The position numbers and the translations under genes were made by a program. From NCBI GenBank assembly GCA_040218735.1, contig JAVJQW010000041.1, forward strand, positions 224,001 to 288,000: DNA of 64,000 bases, given 5' to 3'. This DNA is from Deltaproteobacteria bacterium. GTDB taxonomy: Bacteria; Myxococcota; Kuafuiibacteriia; Kuafuiibacteriales; Kuafuiibacteriaceae. Positions 1 through 8,792 of the stretch are shown in pieces (position 1 is the first letter of the stretch; every line of letters starts with the position of its first letter). The notes beneath the pieces are model-generated. The model was not told the origin of the DNA, ran no database searches, and worked only from the letters and a program-made list of their open reading frames with translations.

Positions 1-75
1 GTGTTGCTGGAGAACAAGATGGTTCGGACCCGGGGAATCAGTCCGGAAGAATCGTCGGCTCGCGCCGGGGGGCTA

Positions 76-1182
76 TCAGAAGAGGTGCCTCCCCTCGATG
101 TAGAAGACCTGTTCCTCGTTCGAAAAACCCATGTCCGCGCGGACCACGATCAGGTCCTTCCAGCGCGCGCTGATCTCGAACCCCGCGCTGGGGCGTAGGC
201 GGTCGATCCAGTCGCGCACCGGTGTGTCGTCCGCCACGAGGGAGACGTCGACGAACCCGCCGATGCCGAAGCTCAGCAGGTCGAGGATCGCCGGGAAGTA
301 ATAGCGCAGCTCCTGGTTCGTCAGCGCCTTGTGTTTGCCGATGAAGCGCGACTCCGCGAAGCCGCGTTGGGTGAAGACGCCGCCGAGGCCGAAGGCGCTG
401 CGGCCGCCGCCGATGCGCGCGAGCTCGTAGAAAGGGACGTCGCCGCCGACCGACTCCACCATCAGGCGGCCCGCGTACACGAAGTCGGAGAACGGCGAGT
501 AGTAGAACGAGCCCTCCATCCCGATCCCTTGAAACGAAAACGCGCTCCCCAGCGGGCGGGTCGCGGCCTTGGCGTAGATCTGGAGGTACTCGCCGGAGGT
601 GGGGCGCAGCTCGTCGTCGCGACCGTCGTGCACGAGGGCGCCGAGCGCGATCAGGAGGTGCCCGCCGTCGAACCCGGTGGGGCGCTCCAGCGCGAGGCGC
701 GAGTCGTCGCGGTAGGTCGTGTGGGTGTACGCGAACGTCAGGCCGAAGCCCCAGCGCCAGGTGTCGTCGATGTCGTCGGAGAGGAACGACTGCATGCGCG
801 GTTCGGTGAGCCGGTACTGGTTGAACGGGTCGCCGGGTTCGTCGAGGCGCGTGACGTTGCCGACGCCGAAGTAGTTCGCGTCGTCGATGCGCAGGACCTC
901 GGTCAGCACGAACAGACGCAGCCCGAAGAAGGACGGCATGTCGAAGTAGAGCCAGTGCTCGTGCCGGTTCTTCGTGGAGTGGCGGAGCTTGACCTCCAGG
1001 AACCAGTCGAACTCGTCGTCGTCGCCGTACTCCTTGAGGATCGTGTGGACGCCGTACATGACGCCGATGTCGTTGTTGAACTTGAGCACCGGCACCGCGA
1101 GCCAGTCGAGGCCCTTGCCGGTGTCCGCAGAGGTCGAGGTTGCGGTCGCGGCCGCGAACAGAAGCAAGAGCGAAGCGGACAC
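76..1182 (-). CDS. Omp85/BamA-TamA-family outer-membrane beta-barrel (surface-antigen domain, no POTRA)
   Basis: Signal peptide; beta-strand pattern; 'PFYELARIGG...QRGFAESRF' matches the Omp85 loop-6 RGF motif; C-terminal Phe. Confidence 0.75.
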   Translation of the reverse strand: MSASLLLLFAAATATSTSADTGKGLDWLAVPVLKFNNDIGVMYGVHTILKEYGDDDEFDWFLEVKLRHSTKNRHEHWLYFDMPSFFGLRLFVLTEVLRIDDANYFGVGNVTRLDEPGDPFNQYRLTEPRMQSFLSDDIDDTWRWGFGLTFAYTHTTYRDDSRLALERPTGFDGGHLLIALGALVHDGRDDELRPTSGEYLQIYAKAATRPLGSAFSFQGIGMEGSFYYSPFSDFVYAGRLMVESVGGDVPFYELARIGGGRSAFGLGGVFTQRGFAESRFIGKHKALTNQELRYYFPAILDLLSFGIGGFVDVSLVADDTPVRDWIDRLRPSAGFEISARWKDLIVVRADMGFSNEEQVFYIEGRHLF

Positions 1183-1188
1183 GATGGC

Positions 1189-2205
1189 TCAGTCGAGGGA
1201 GGTCCCCAGGAAGAGGATGAGCGCGCTGCTGGGGTTCACGATCGCGCCGACCTGACCGGTGTTGCGACCCCACTCGGCGCCGATGCGGAGGCGCTCGCGC
1301 CAGTGTGCGTTGAAGCCGAGCCGGAACGCGACCGCGATGTCGTCGCGGGTGGAGGCGTTCGGGTCGATCAGATCCCCCGCGAGGAAGGGCTCCACTTCGA
1401 AGTCCTCGACGATCTCGAACCGCCGGCCGACCACGCCTCGCGCCGTGAACATCGTGGCGTCCAACCCCGTCTCCAACCCCGTCGCGCTCAGGAGTTTCAC
1501 GCGGCCGAGCTGCACCTCGCCCGCGGCGTACCAGCCCTTGCGATCGTAGGACACGAACACCGCCGCGAAGTTCCCGCGGCGATCGTCGGTCGCCGCGCCG
1601 CGCCGCGAGTAGCCGGTGACGGCGACGTAGAGCTTCTTCGCGAGGCGGAGGCGTACGAGCGCCGCGAGGTCCTCGGTGATCTCGTCGCCCTGCGGCCCGT
1701 ACGCGCCGAGCTGCACGTCGGGTTTGAGCGGGAGTGACTTGTCGCGCCACCGCACCCGCGCGCCGAACTTTCGACGCCCGAAGCCGAGGCGGTCACTCAC
1801 CACCTCGGACACCAACCCGCGCGTGAGCACCGGCATTCGCCAGCGGCTTTCCAGCTCGAGCACGCCGAACGGCGCCTTGTGCTGACCGACCCGGACGCTG
1901 AGCTCCTTGGTGGGCATCACCTGCAGATAGGCGTCGGCGAGGTCGGCGTTGGCGCCGCCGAAGTCGGGTTCGATGTCGACGCGGATCCAGTCGCCGTAGC
2001 TCAGGCGGGTCTTGAGTCGCGCGCGCTGCAGGTCCGACGACCAGCGCGTCTCGCCGCCGTCCGGGCGCCGGCCGCGACCGCGGATGTAGAGCTGGCCACC
2101 GAAGTCGATCGCGAAGCCTTCGTCGGCGACGGTCGACGATCGAATCTCGAAGGCGGATGCGGTCGCGGGGGTGAGGAGGGCGAAGAGCACCAACAGCGCG
2201 CGCAC
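1189..2205 (-). CDS. Outer-membrane porin, OprO/OprP (phosphate-selective porin)-like
   Basis: Start moved to GTG 2205, overlapping the upstream TAG; signal peptide MRALLVLFALLTPATASA; 'LQRARLK', 'LADAY', 'VRVGQHKAPFG.E' motifs of this porin class. Confidence 0.7.
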   Translation of the reverse strand: MRALLVLFALLTPATASAFEIRSSTVADEGFAIDFGGQLYIRGRGRRPDGGETRWSSDLQRARLKTRLSYGDWIRVDIEPDFGGANADLADAYLQVMPTKELSVRVGQHKAPFGVLELESRWRMPVLTRGLVSEVVSDRLGFGRRKFGARVRWRDKSLPLKPDVQLGAYGPQGDEITEDLAALVRLRLAKKLYVAVTGYSRRGAATDDRRGNFAAVFVSYDRKGWYAAGEVQLGRVKLLSATGLETGLDATMFTARGVVGRRFEIVEDFEVEPFLAGDLIDPNASTRDDIAVAFRLGFNAHWRERLRIGAEWGRNTGQVGAIVNPSSALILFLGTSLD

Positions 2206-2900
2206 TACAGGTCCACCTCGTGCTGCCCGACGACGAGCGCGACCTTCTGGTTCCCGTTTTTCTCGCGCACGGCTTCCATCAGCTTCTGACCTTCGGACTC
2301 GTCCTTGAGGACGATGGCGTAGACCGCCTCCTGGAGCACGCCGCCGCTGACGGTCTCGGTGGAGATCAGCCGGAAGTCGGCGAGGTAACGCTCGAAGACG
2401 TCGAGGAAGAGGCGGTCGAGGTCTTGGTCGGCGGGGATGCGGACACGGAGGATGCGCTCCGTGATGCGTTTGTCGAAGAAGTCGAGCTTGAACATCAGCA
2501 GCGCGACGGCGCACAGCGCCACGGTCGCGAACGCCGCGAGCGCGTAGAAGCGCGTGCCGCACGCCATGCCGATGGCCATCACGAAGAACACGAAGCCGAC
2601 GTCGCGCGTCTCCTTCACGGCGTTGCGGAAGCGGACGATCGACAGCGCGCCGACCAGCGAGAACGCTCGCGCGAGGTTCGAGCCGATGATCAGCATGATG
2701 ATCGCGACGATCATTCCCAGCATCACGAGCGTCTGCGTGTACGACTGCGAGTAGGACGTCCCGCGGTGGGTCGCGCGGTAGGTGAGGCCGACGAGCGTCG
2801 AGAGCGCGAAGCTGAGCGCGAGGACGATCGCGACGTCGGCGAGCGTGAACGCCGTCGTCAGATCCTGGAACCGCTCCATCTCCTTGAGTAGCTCGTCCAT
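2205..2900 (-). CDS. DUF4956 family membrane protein
   Basis: 'IGSNLARAFSLVGALSIVRFR', 'D.GF.F..MAIGMACG'; several TM helices plus a soluble C-terminal domain. Confidence 0.9.
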   Translation of the reverse strand: MDELLKEMERFQDLTTAFTLADVAIVLALSFALSTLVGLTYRATHRGTSYSQSYTQTLVMLGMIVAIIMLIIGSNLARAFSLVGALSIVRFRNAVKETRDVGFVFFVMAIGMACGTRFYALAAFATVALCAVALLMFKLDFFDKRITERILRVRIPADQDLDRLFLDVFERYLADFRLISTETVSGGVLQEAVYAIVLKDESEGQKLMEAVREKNGNQKVALVVGQHEVDL

Positions 2901-2963
2901 ACCTTCTCGCTCCCGGGCTCAGCCGCTTCGATACGACGCAACCGAGCCAGCCCCAAGCAGTTT

Positions 2964-3680
2964 CTACGACGCCTCCTGCAGCCGCGCGAGCCCGGCGCAG
3001 TACTTACTGACGCGTGTGAGCTGGCAGCCGTGGCGCGTGAGCATCCGCGTAACCCACAGCGGGACGGCCTCGTCCGCCTTCACCTCCAGGATGACGCGGT
3101 CGGGCGGAGCGAAGAGTCGATCGCGCATCCCCTCGAGCAGCCCGTGGTCGGGGGCGCGCACCGACAGCGCGCGGTCGAAGGTGATGCGCAGCCCGGGCTC
3201 GTAGGTGCCGCCGATCCATGCTTCGCGCAGATAGGAGATCACGCAGGCGGGCTCGAGGTGGAGCATTCGCGCGAGGTACAGCACCTCCGAGAGGACCTCG
3301 CGATCGTCGGCGTCTTCGCCCTCGGGCAGCTCGTGGCGTTCGATGAGATCCGTCGCGGCGCGCAACGAGGTGCGAACCCGACGTTTCTGCACGGTGCGGT
3401 TGATGCGTTGTTTGATCTCCAGCGCGATCTTCGAATCCATCGACGCCGCAGCGTGCCCGTAAGTTCTTACGCGAACCTTGCGGCGGTACTTGATGCCCTC
3501 GACCTTCGAACGGAAACACACGAAGTCGGGGGAGTCGTAGTACAGGCTCGTGACTCGGTAGACGCCGTCGGCTCCGTAGGGATCGAGCGTCATGTTCACG
3601 GCGAGGTCTTCGGTCAGAGCCTTCGCGACCGCGTCGTCGATGACGAACTTGAGCTCGAACCGATTGAAGCGGCGCTTCAC
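2964..3680 (-). CDS. VTC-domain (polyphosphate polymerase, CYTH/TTM fold) protein
   Basis: RFELKF, SLYYD, RRKVRVRTY, LEIKQR, Y.REA, LRITFD, ILEVK and SKY motifs. Confidence 0.9.
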   Translation of the reverse strand: MKRRFNRFELKFVIDDAVAKALTEDLAVNMTLDPYGADGVYRVTSLYYDSPDFVCFRSKVEGIKYRRKVRVRTYGHAAASMDSKIALEIKQRINRTVQKRRVRTSLRAATDLIERHELPEGEDADDREVLSEVLYLARMLHLEPACVISYLREAWIGGTYEPGLRITFDRALSVRAPDHGLLEGMRDRLFAPPDRVILEVKADEAVPLWVTRMLTRHGCQLTRVSKYCAGLARLQEAS

Positions 3681-4180
3681 GGGACGGTCTCGACGCGCAC
3701 CGCATTGCGGCGCTTCTTCTTGGGGAAGCGGAGCTCGATGAGTTGCGGGAAGCGGTCGTCGGGCGCCGTGAAGACGAACGGCGTGTCGGGCGTCGCTTCA
3801 CCTTTGGCCTTGGTCTTCCCCGCGCGTACCCGCACGCGGACGTCCTCGCGCGCGTGCACGCGGACCGTCTTGGGATCCGCAGCGCTGCGGCGGATGAGAT
3901 AGGCGAACTTGGCGTCGATGTGGCCGCGGTCGTTCGGGCTGATGATGCCGAAGCTGCGCCCCTCGACGAGGTTGTCCGCGAGGGGCGGGTGGCGGCGCAA
4001 GGCGTCTTGCAAGAGGCGCCGCTCGTCGGCGTCGAGTCGACCGCGGGCGCCGGACTCCAGGTCGATCGTGATCTGCCACGCGGCGTCGAGCGGCGGGGTG
4101 GCGGCCGCCCAGGCGAAGAACGCGACGACGCCGACCGCGACGAGGATCAGGTAGACGAAGCCGACGCTGGGGCGGGTCAC
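3677..4180 (-). CDS. Hypothetical membrane-anchored protein
   Basis: N-terminal TM helix; 4-bp overlaps with both neighbours. Confidence 0.7.
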   Translation of the reverse strand: MTRPSVGFVYLILVAVGVVAFFAWAAATPPLDAAWQITIDLESGARGRLDADERRLLQDALRRHPPLADNLVEGRSFGIISPNDRGHIDAKFAYLIRRSAADPKTVRVHAREDVRVRVRAGKTKAKGEATPDTPFVFTAPDDRFPQLIELRFPKKKRRNAVRVETVP

Positions 4181-6924
4181 GGTGCACCGCCCATCAGCGC
4201 GCCGACCCGGGCGTCGATCGTCGCGTAGTCCTCGATGCGGAGCACGTCGCGCCGGAGCCCGTCGAGGCGCCCGTCAACGGGCCAGGTCGTCGAGGCGCGC
4301 GCGCGGAGCTGCGTGTTCTTCGCGCGCTTCGTGACGCGGCCGCAGTCGACGGCGTGGACGTCGTCGGCGTCGATCGTGCTCGGTGCGTCGTAGTGCACGT
4401 CGCGTCGGTTGGTCTTGAGCGCAGTCTTGGTGCGGTAGATCAACGAGCGGGCGATGCGTGCGTTCGACGCGTTCTTCGCGAGGACGCCGACCTTCGCGCC
4501 GACGATCACACTCCCCACGACGCGGATGTCGGACTCTTCGCCCGCGGAGATCGCGTTGCTCTTGCAGTGAACGAGCAGCGCGTCGGTCAAACGGATCTCC
4601 GCGTTCATCAGGTCGAGGCATTCGTCTTCGGCGCCGAGTACGACCAGGCCGCGGACGTCCGCGGTGACGTGTTCGAGGTCGACCGCGTCGGTCGACGCGC
4701 GGACGATCGTGACCTCGTGCAGGGCGAGGCGGTCGACGTAGGTCGCGTGCAGCGCGTCGTCGGTGGTGGACTCGCGGATGCGCACGTCTTCGACGGTGAT
4801 GTCGTGGGTGTCGAGGACGGCGAGGGAGCCGCGGATCTCCGCGCCGTCGATGCGCGAGCCCGCGGTGGCGGGGCCGCGCAGGACGACGGGGCCGCCCGAG
4901 ATGTGGATCGGCCGCGTGGCGTCGCCGCGGAGCTCGACGCGGCCGAGGAACGTGACGTCGCCGTCGACGGTGAGCTCGGCGCCTGGCTCGACGACGACCG
5001 TGGTGTGGGCGCCGTAGCGTCGGTCGAGCCGCGCGGCGCCGGCGATGCGCACGGTTTGGGGCCGGGGCGCGGCGTCGAAGCGCCAGGGGTGCGGCGACGT
5101 CTCGCCCGGAGCGAAGCGCGGCACGGTCGTGATCGGGTCGCCTGTGTTGGACGCGAGCGCGACGTCGTCCGCGGTGATGCGCCGCCGCGTCGACGCGCCG
5201 GTGACTCGGCTCTCGAGCTCGACGTCGACGGCTTCGATCGTCTGACGCGGCGCACGGACGAAATAGCGGAAGACCCGCGGTCGGCGCTCCAGGCGAACGG
5301 AGCCCGCGACATCTTCGTCGCCGACCGCAACCAGGGTTGCGGCGGAGGTGAGGTGTGCCCGCGCCCAGGGACGAACCTCACCGACGCCCTCTGCGACGAG
5401 GGGGTCCGCGGGGCCGAGCGCGCCGTCGTCGTCCTCGTCGGCGTAGACCTCGAGCGCCACTTCGAGGCCGGGCGCGGTGAACGATAACACCTCGACCGAC
5501 TCCAGCCCGCCGACCTCGATCGCGACCGCGAACGCTTCGCCGGACGGCATCCCCGCGAAGCGCAGGCTGCGCGCTTCGAGGTGATCGCGGAGGAAGCGGC
5601 TGCGGCGCTCGTACGTCGACAGCTCCGCGCGCGACGCGGTCAGCCACCGGCCGACGTTCATCGGTCGCAGCATGAAGCGGTGGAACCGGGACGCGCGCGG
5701 GAGCAGCTTGTACGCGTCCCAGTACGGGTCGGCGGCGAGCTCGGGGAGGAGCGCTTCGAAGCGTCGGTCGACGTCGGCGCGCACCCGCGCGACGGACGCG
5801 GCGCCGTCGAGGAGCCGGTAGACGTGGCGGTCGCGCCTCCACAGGTAGTCGGGGAGCGCCTTGAGCCGGAGCTGGATCGGGCTCTCGGCGCGGTTGACGA
5901 ACGGCTCGTGGGAGAACGCGCGGAAGTCGCGCGCGATGGGCTCGAAGCGCTCGCGGTAGGGGTCGTAGTAGAGTTTCTGGTTCGAGTCGAAGTCGTGCTG
6001 GTCGCCGCCGAACACGACGTCGAGCGCGTCGAACAGCGCGAAGCGATCCAGATCGACATGGTCCGCGGCGTAGGTTGCGAAGTCGGCGTGCGAGGCGCCC
6101 CTGACCTTGGCGAGGAGCGTGTCGATCTCCGCGTAGTCCTCGCGCTGGGCGGCGGACGCCGCGCCGAACTTGCTCCACCCTCCGTGTGGTTCCTTCGCGC
6201 TCTTCTTCGCGAAGTCACCGGAGTACAGGCTCCCTGGCATGCGCGCCTGCCGGCGGAGCAGGCCTTCGTCGGGCTGTGCTTCGAACCGATACACACCGAG
6301 GTCCGCGTTGTTCACGCGCACGCGCACCGCGTGGAAGGCGGGGGAGAGGAGCCCGCCGTCACGGGCGAGGTCGAGGATGATCGACTCCTCGAACCCGAAC
6401 GGCGTCACGCCATTGAGGAGGTTGAACACCCGCACGCCGTCGACGAGGTCGCCCTTGTCGGTGCGCACCTTCATCGACTTCTGCACGCCGAGCGCGTGCC
6501 AGTGGCGGCGGCCCTGGTGCCGAACCTGCACGTCGTGAATGCGGCCGTCCTTGCGGAGCGTCGCGTCGACGTAGCGGCGTTTCTTCGTAGAGCGCGCGTC
6601 GGCCTCCAGCGTGGTGAGCGCGTCGGGGGCGAGCGCGAGCTCGAAGGTCGGGAGGGTCGACGGGTTCGGCGCGCCCGGGAGACGTAGGCGGCGAAGCTGC
6701 CGCGTGAGCTCGTCGTGCGCGAAGATCTGGAGCAGCTCGGCGTCGAGGGTGACGTCCGCCTTCACGTGGCGGCGGTACCTCTCGAAGCGGGCGTAGGCGG
6801 ACCAGGCGGACCAGGCGACGACGAAGACGATGGGGAGGCTGAGGATCAGGGCGGAGGACAGGCTGACGCGGAGGATCCGACGGCCCAGGCGCAGCGGCCG
6901 GCGTCGTATCGCGAAGGTCCTCAA
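4177..6924 (-). CDS. CotH-family kinase with C-terminal right-handed beta-helix domain, N-terminal membrane anchor
   Basis: QKSMKV, 'VRVNNADLGVYRFE', 'H.FDSNQKLYYDP..RFEPI..D' CotH-like motifs; beta-helix repeats (DDALH, DAVDL, DECLDL, NAISAGE). Start uncertain: TTG 6924 chosen, ORF open to 7020. Confidence 0.8.
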   Translation of the reverse strand: MRTFAIRRRPLRLGRRILRVSLSSALILSLPIVFVVAWSAWSAYARFERYRRHVKADVTLDAELLQIFAHDELTRQLRRLRLPGAPNPSTLPTFELALAPDALTTLEADARSTKKRRYVDATLRKDGRIHDVQVRHQGRRHWHALGVQKSMKVRTDKGDLVDGVRVFNLLNGVTPFGFEESIILDLARDGGLLSPAFHAVRVRVNNADLGVYRFEAQPDEGLLRRQARMPGSLYSGDFAKKSAKEPHGGWSKFGAASAAQREDYAEIDTLLAKVRGASHADFATYAADHVDLDRFALFDALDVVFGGDQHDFDSNQKLYYDPYRERFEPIARDFRAFSHEPFVNRAESPIQLRLKALPDYLWRRDRHVYRLLDGAASVARVRADVDRRFEALLPELAADPYWDAYKLLPRASRFHRFMLRPMNVGRWLTASRAELSTYERRSRFLRDHLEARSLRFAGMPSGEAFAVAIEVGGLESVEVLSFTAPGLEVALEVYADEDDDGALGPADPLVAEGVGEVRPWARAHLTSAATLVAVGDEDVAGSVRLERRPRVFRYFVRAPRQTIEAVDVELESRVTGASTRRRITADDVALASNTGDPITTVPRFAPGETSPHPWRFDAAPRPQTVRIAGAARLDRRYGAHTTVVVEPGAELTVDGDVTFLGRVELRGDATRPIHISGGPVVLRGPATAGSRIDGAEIRGSLAVLDTHDITVEDVRIRESTTDDALHATYVDRLALHEVTIVRASTDAVDLEHVTADVRGLVVLGAEDECLDLMNAEIRLTDALLVHCKSNAISAGEESDIRVVGSVIVGAKVGVLAKNASNARIARSLIYRTKTALKTNRRDVHYDAPSTIDADDVHAVDCGRVTKRAKNTQLRARASTTWPVDGRLDGLRRDVLRIEDYATIDARVGALMGGAP

Positions 6925-7007
6925 CGGCCGGAGGATCCCCCGCGGGAGGTCTTGCGTGCAATTCGAAAGTCGACACACCGCGAACGAAGCGCGCAACATC
7001 GCCGGCC

Positions 7008-8792
7008 GTGACCAACCCACTCGTTTCGGACCGCGACGTCGCCTTCATCCTCGAGCACACGATCGATCTCGATCGCCTCTTGGAGTTGCCCTACTTCGAG
7101 GACCACTCGCGGGAGACGGTGACGCTCTACCTCGAGAACGCCCGGCGCCTCGCGCGGGAGGTCCTCGCGCCCGGCTACAAGGTGACCGACGAGGAGGCGC
7201 CGAACCTCGTGGACGGCAAGCTGCCGCTGCACCCCGAGATGCACAAGGCGATCGACGCGCTCGTCGAGCTCGGCGTCGTCACGGCGACGCGCCCCTACGA
7301 CCTCGGCGGCGCGCAGCTCCCGGCTGCGATCGCCGTGCTGGCGGAGTCCTACCTGATGGCGGGGAACCTCTCGGCGACGGCCGGCGTCGGCCTCACCACC
7401 GGCGCGGCGCGGTTGATCGAGACGTTCGGCTCCGAGGAGCTCAAGCGGAAGTTCATGGATCGAATGTATTCGTGTGAGTGGACCGGGACGATGGCGCTCA
7501 CGGAGCCGCAGGCGGGGAGCAGCCTCACCGACGTCGAGACGGTGGCGAAGCCGACCGACGACGGCCACTACCTGATCCGCGGCAGCAAGGTGTTCATCAG
7601 CGGCGGCGACCACGACGTGCGCGACAACATCGTGCACCTGACGCTCGCGCGCATCGAAGGCGCGCCGGCGGGCATCAAGGGGGTGTCGCTGTTTGCGATC
7701 CCGAAGCGCCGGGAAGAGGGCGGCGGGTTGGTCGACAACGACTGCACGACGGCCGGCGTGTTCCACAAGCTCGGGTGGCGTGGGCTGCCGAGCATCGCGT
7801 TGAACTTCGGCGAGAACGAGGACTGCCACGGGTGGCTCGTCGGTGAGCCCCACCGCGGCATCAAGTACATGTTCCAGATGATGAACGAGGCGCGGCTGAT
7901 GGTCGGCGTCTCGGCGATGGCGACGGCGTCGGTCGCGTATCAGCAGTCGCTCGTGTACGCGAACGAGCGTCCGCAGGGGCGGCGTCTGGGCGACAAGGAT
8001 CCGTCGAAGCCGCAGATTCCTATCGTAGAGCACGCGCAGGTGCGCCAGCTGTTGCTGCGGCAGAAGGCGATCGTCGAGGGCGGCATGGCGTTGGTCGCGA
8101 AGACGGCGTACTTCGCGGACCTCTCCGAGCACCTCGCGGACGAGACCGAGCGCCGCGAGGCGTTCCTGCTGCTCGACTTGCTCACGCCGATCGCGAAGAG
8201 CTTCCCCGCGGAGCGTGGGTTCGAGTCGAACACCCTCGCGATCCAGGTGCACGGTGGCTACGGCTACACGAGTGAGTACCTGCCGGAGCTGTTCTGGCGC
8301 GACCAGAAGCTGAACTCGCTGCACGAGGGCACGACGCAGATCCAGGGGCTCGACCTGTTGGGCCGCAAGGTCGTGCAGGACGCGGGCAACGCGCTGCGCC
8401 TCTTCGCGGGGCTGGTGGAGACGTCGGTCGCGAAAGCGCGCGAGGCCGGCGTCGAGGGCGCGTGGTGCGACAACGTCGCGACGGCGATGGGGGAGATCGT
8501 CGAGCTCACCATGCAGCTCGGCGCGAAGGGCATGTCCGGCGATCTCGACGGGATGCTCCTGCACAGCGCGAACTATCTGGAGGCGTTCTCGAACCTCGTC
8601 GTCGGGTGGGTTTGGTTGGAGCAAGCCACCGCTGCGAAGCCGAAGGCGGGCTCGGGCGACGGCTTCTACGAGGGCAAGCTGCGTGCGGCGCAGTACTGGC
8701 TCACGTCGGAGCTGCCGAAGAACACACTCCTCGTTCGCCTCGCGAAGGACGCCGAGAGCTCCTTCGCTCAGATGCAGTCGGACTGGTTTTAG
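7008..8792 (+). CDS. Acyl-CoA dehydrogenase (long, about 600-aa type)
   Basis: MALTEPQAGS, GSKVFISGG, MFQMMNEAR, IQVHGGYGY, HEGTTQIQGLDL. Confidence 0.95.
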   Translation: MTNPLVSDRDVAFILEHTIDLDRLLELPYFEDHSRETVTLYLENARRLAREVLAPGYKVTDEEAPNLVDGKLPLHPEMHKAIDALVELGVVTATRPYDLGGAQLPAAIAVLAESYLMAGNLSATAGVGLTTGAARLIETFGSEELKRKFMDRMYSCEWTGTMALTEPQAGSSLTDVETVAKPTDDGHYLIRGSKVFISGGDHDVRDNIVHLTLARIEGAPAGIKGVSLFAIPKRREEGGGLVDNDCTTAGVFHKLGWRGLPSIALNFGENEDCHGWLVGEPHRGIKYMFQMMNEARLMVGVSAMATASVAYQQSLVYANERPQGRRLGDKDPSKPQIPIVEHAQVRQLLLRQKAIVEGGMALVAKTAYFADLSEHLADETERREAFLLLDLLTPIAKSFPAERGFESNTLAIQVHGGYGYTSEYLPELFWRDQKLNSLHEGTTQIQGLDLLGRKVVQDAGNALRLFAGLVETSVAKAREAGVEGAWCDNVATAMGEIVELTMQLGAKGMSGDLDGMLLHSANYLEAFSNLVVGWVWLEQATAAKPKAGSGDGFYEGKLRAAQYWLTSELPKNTLLVRLAKDAESSFAQMQSDWF

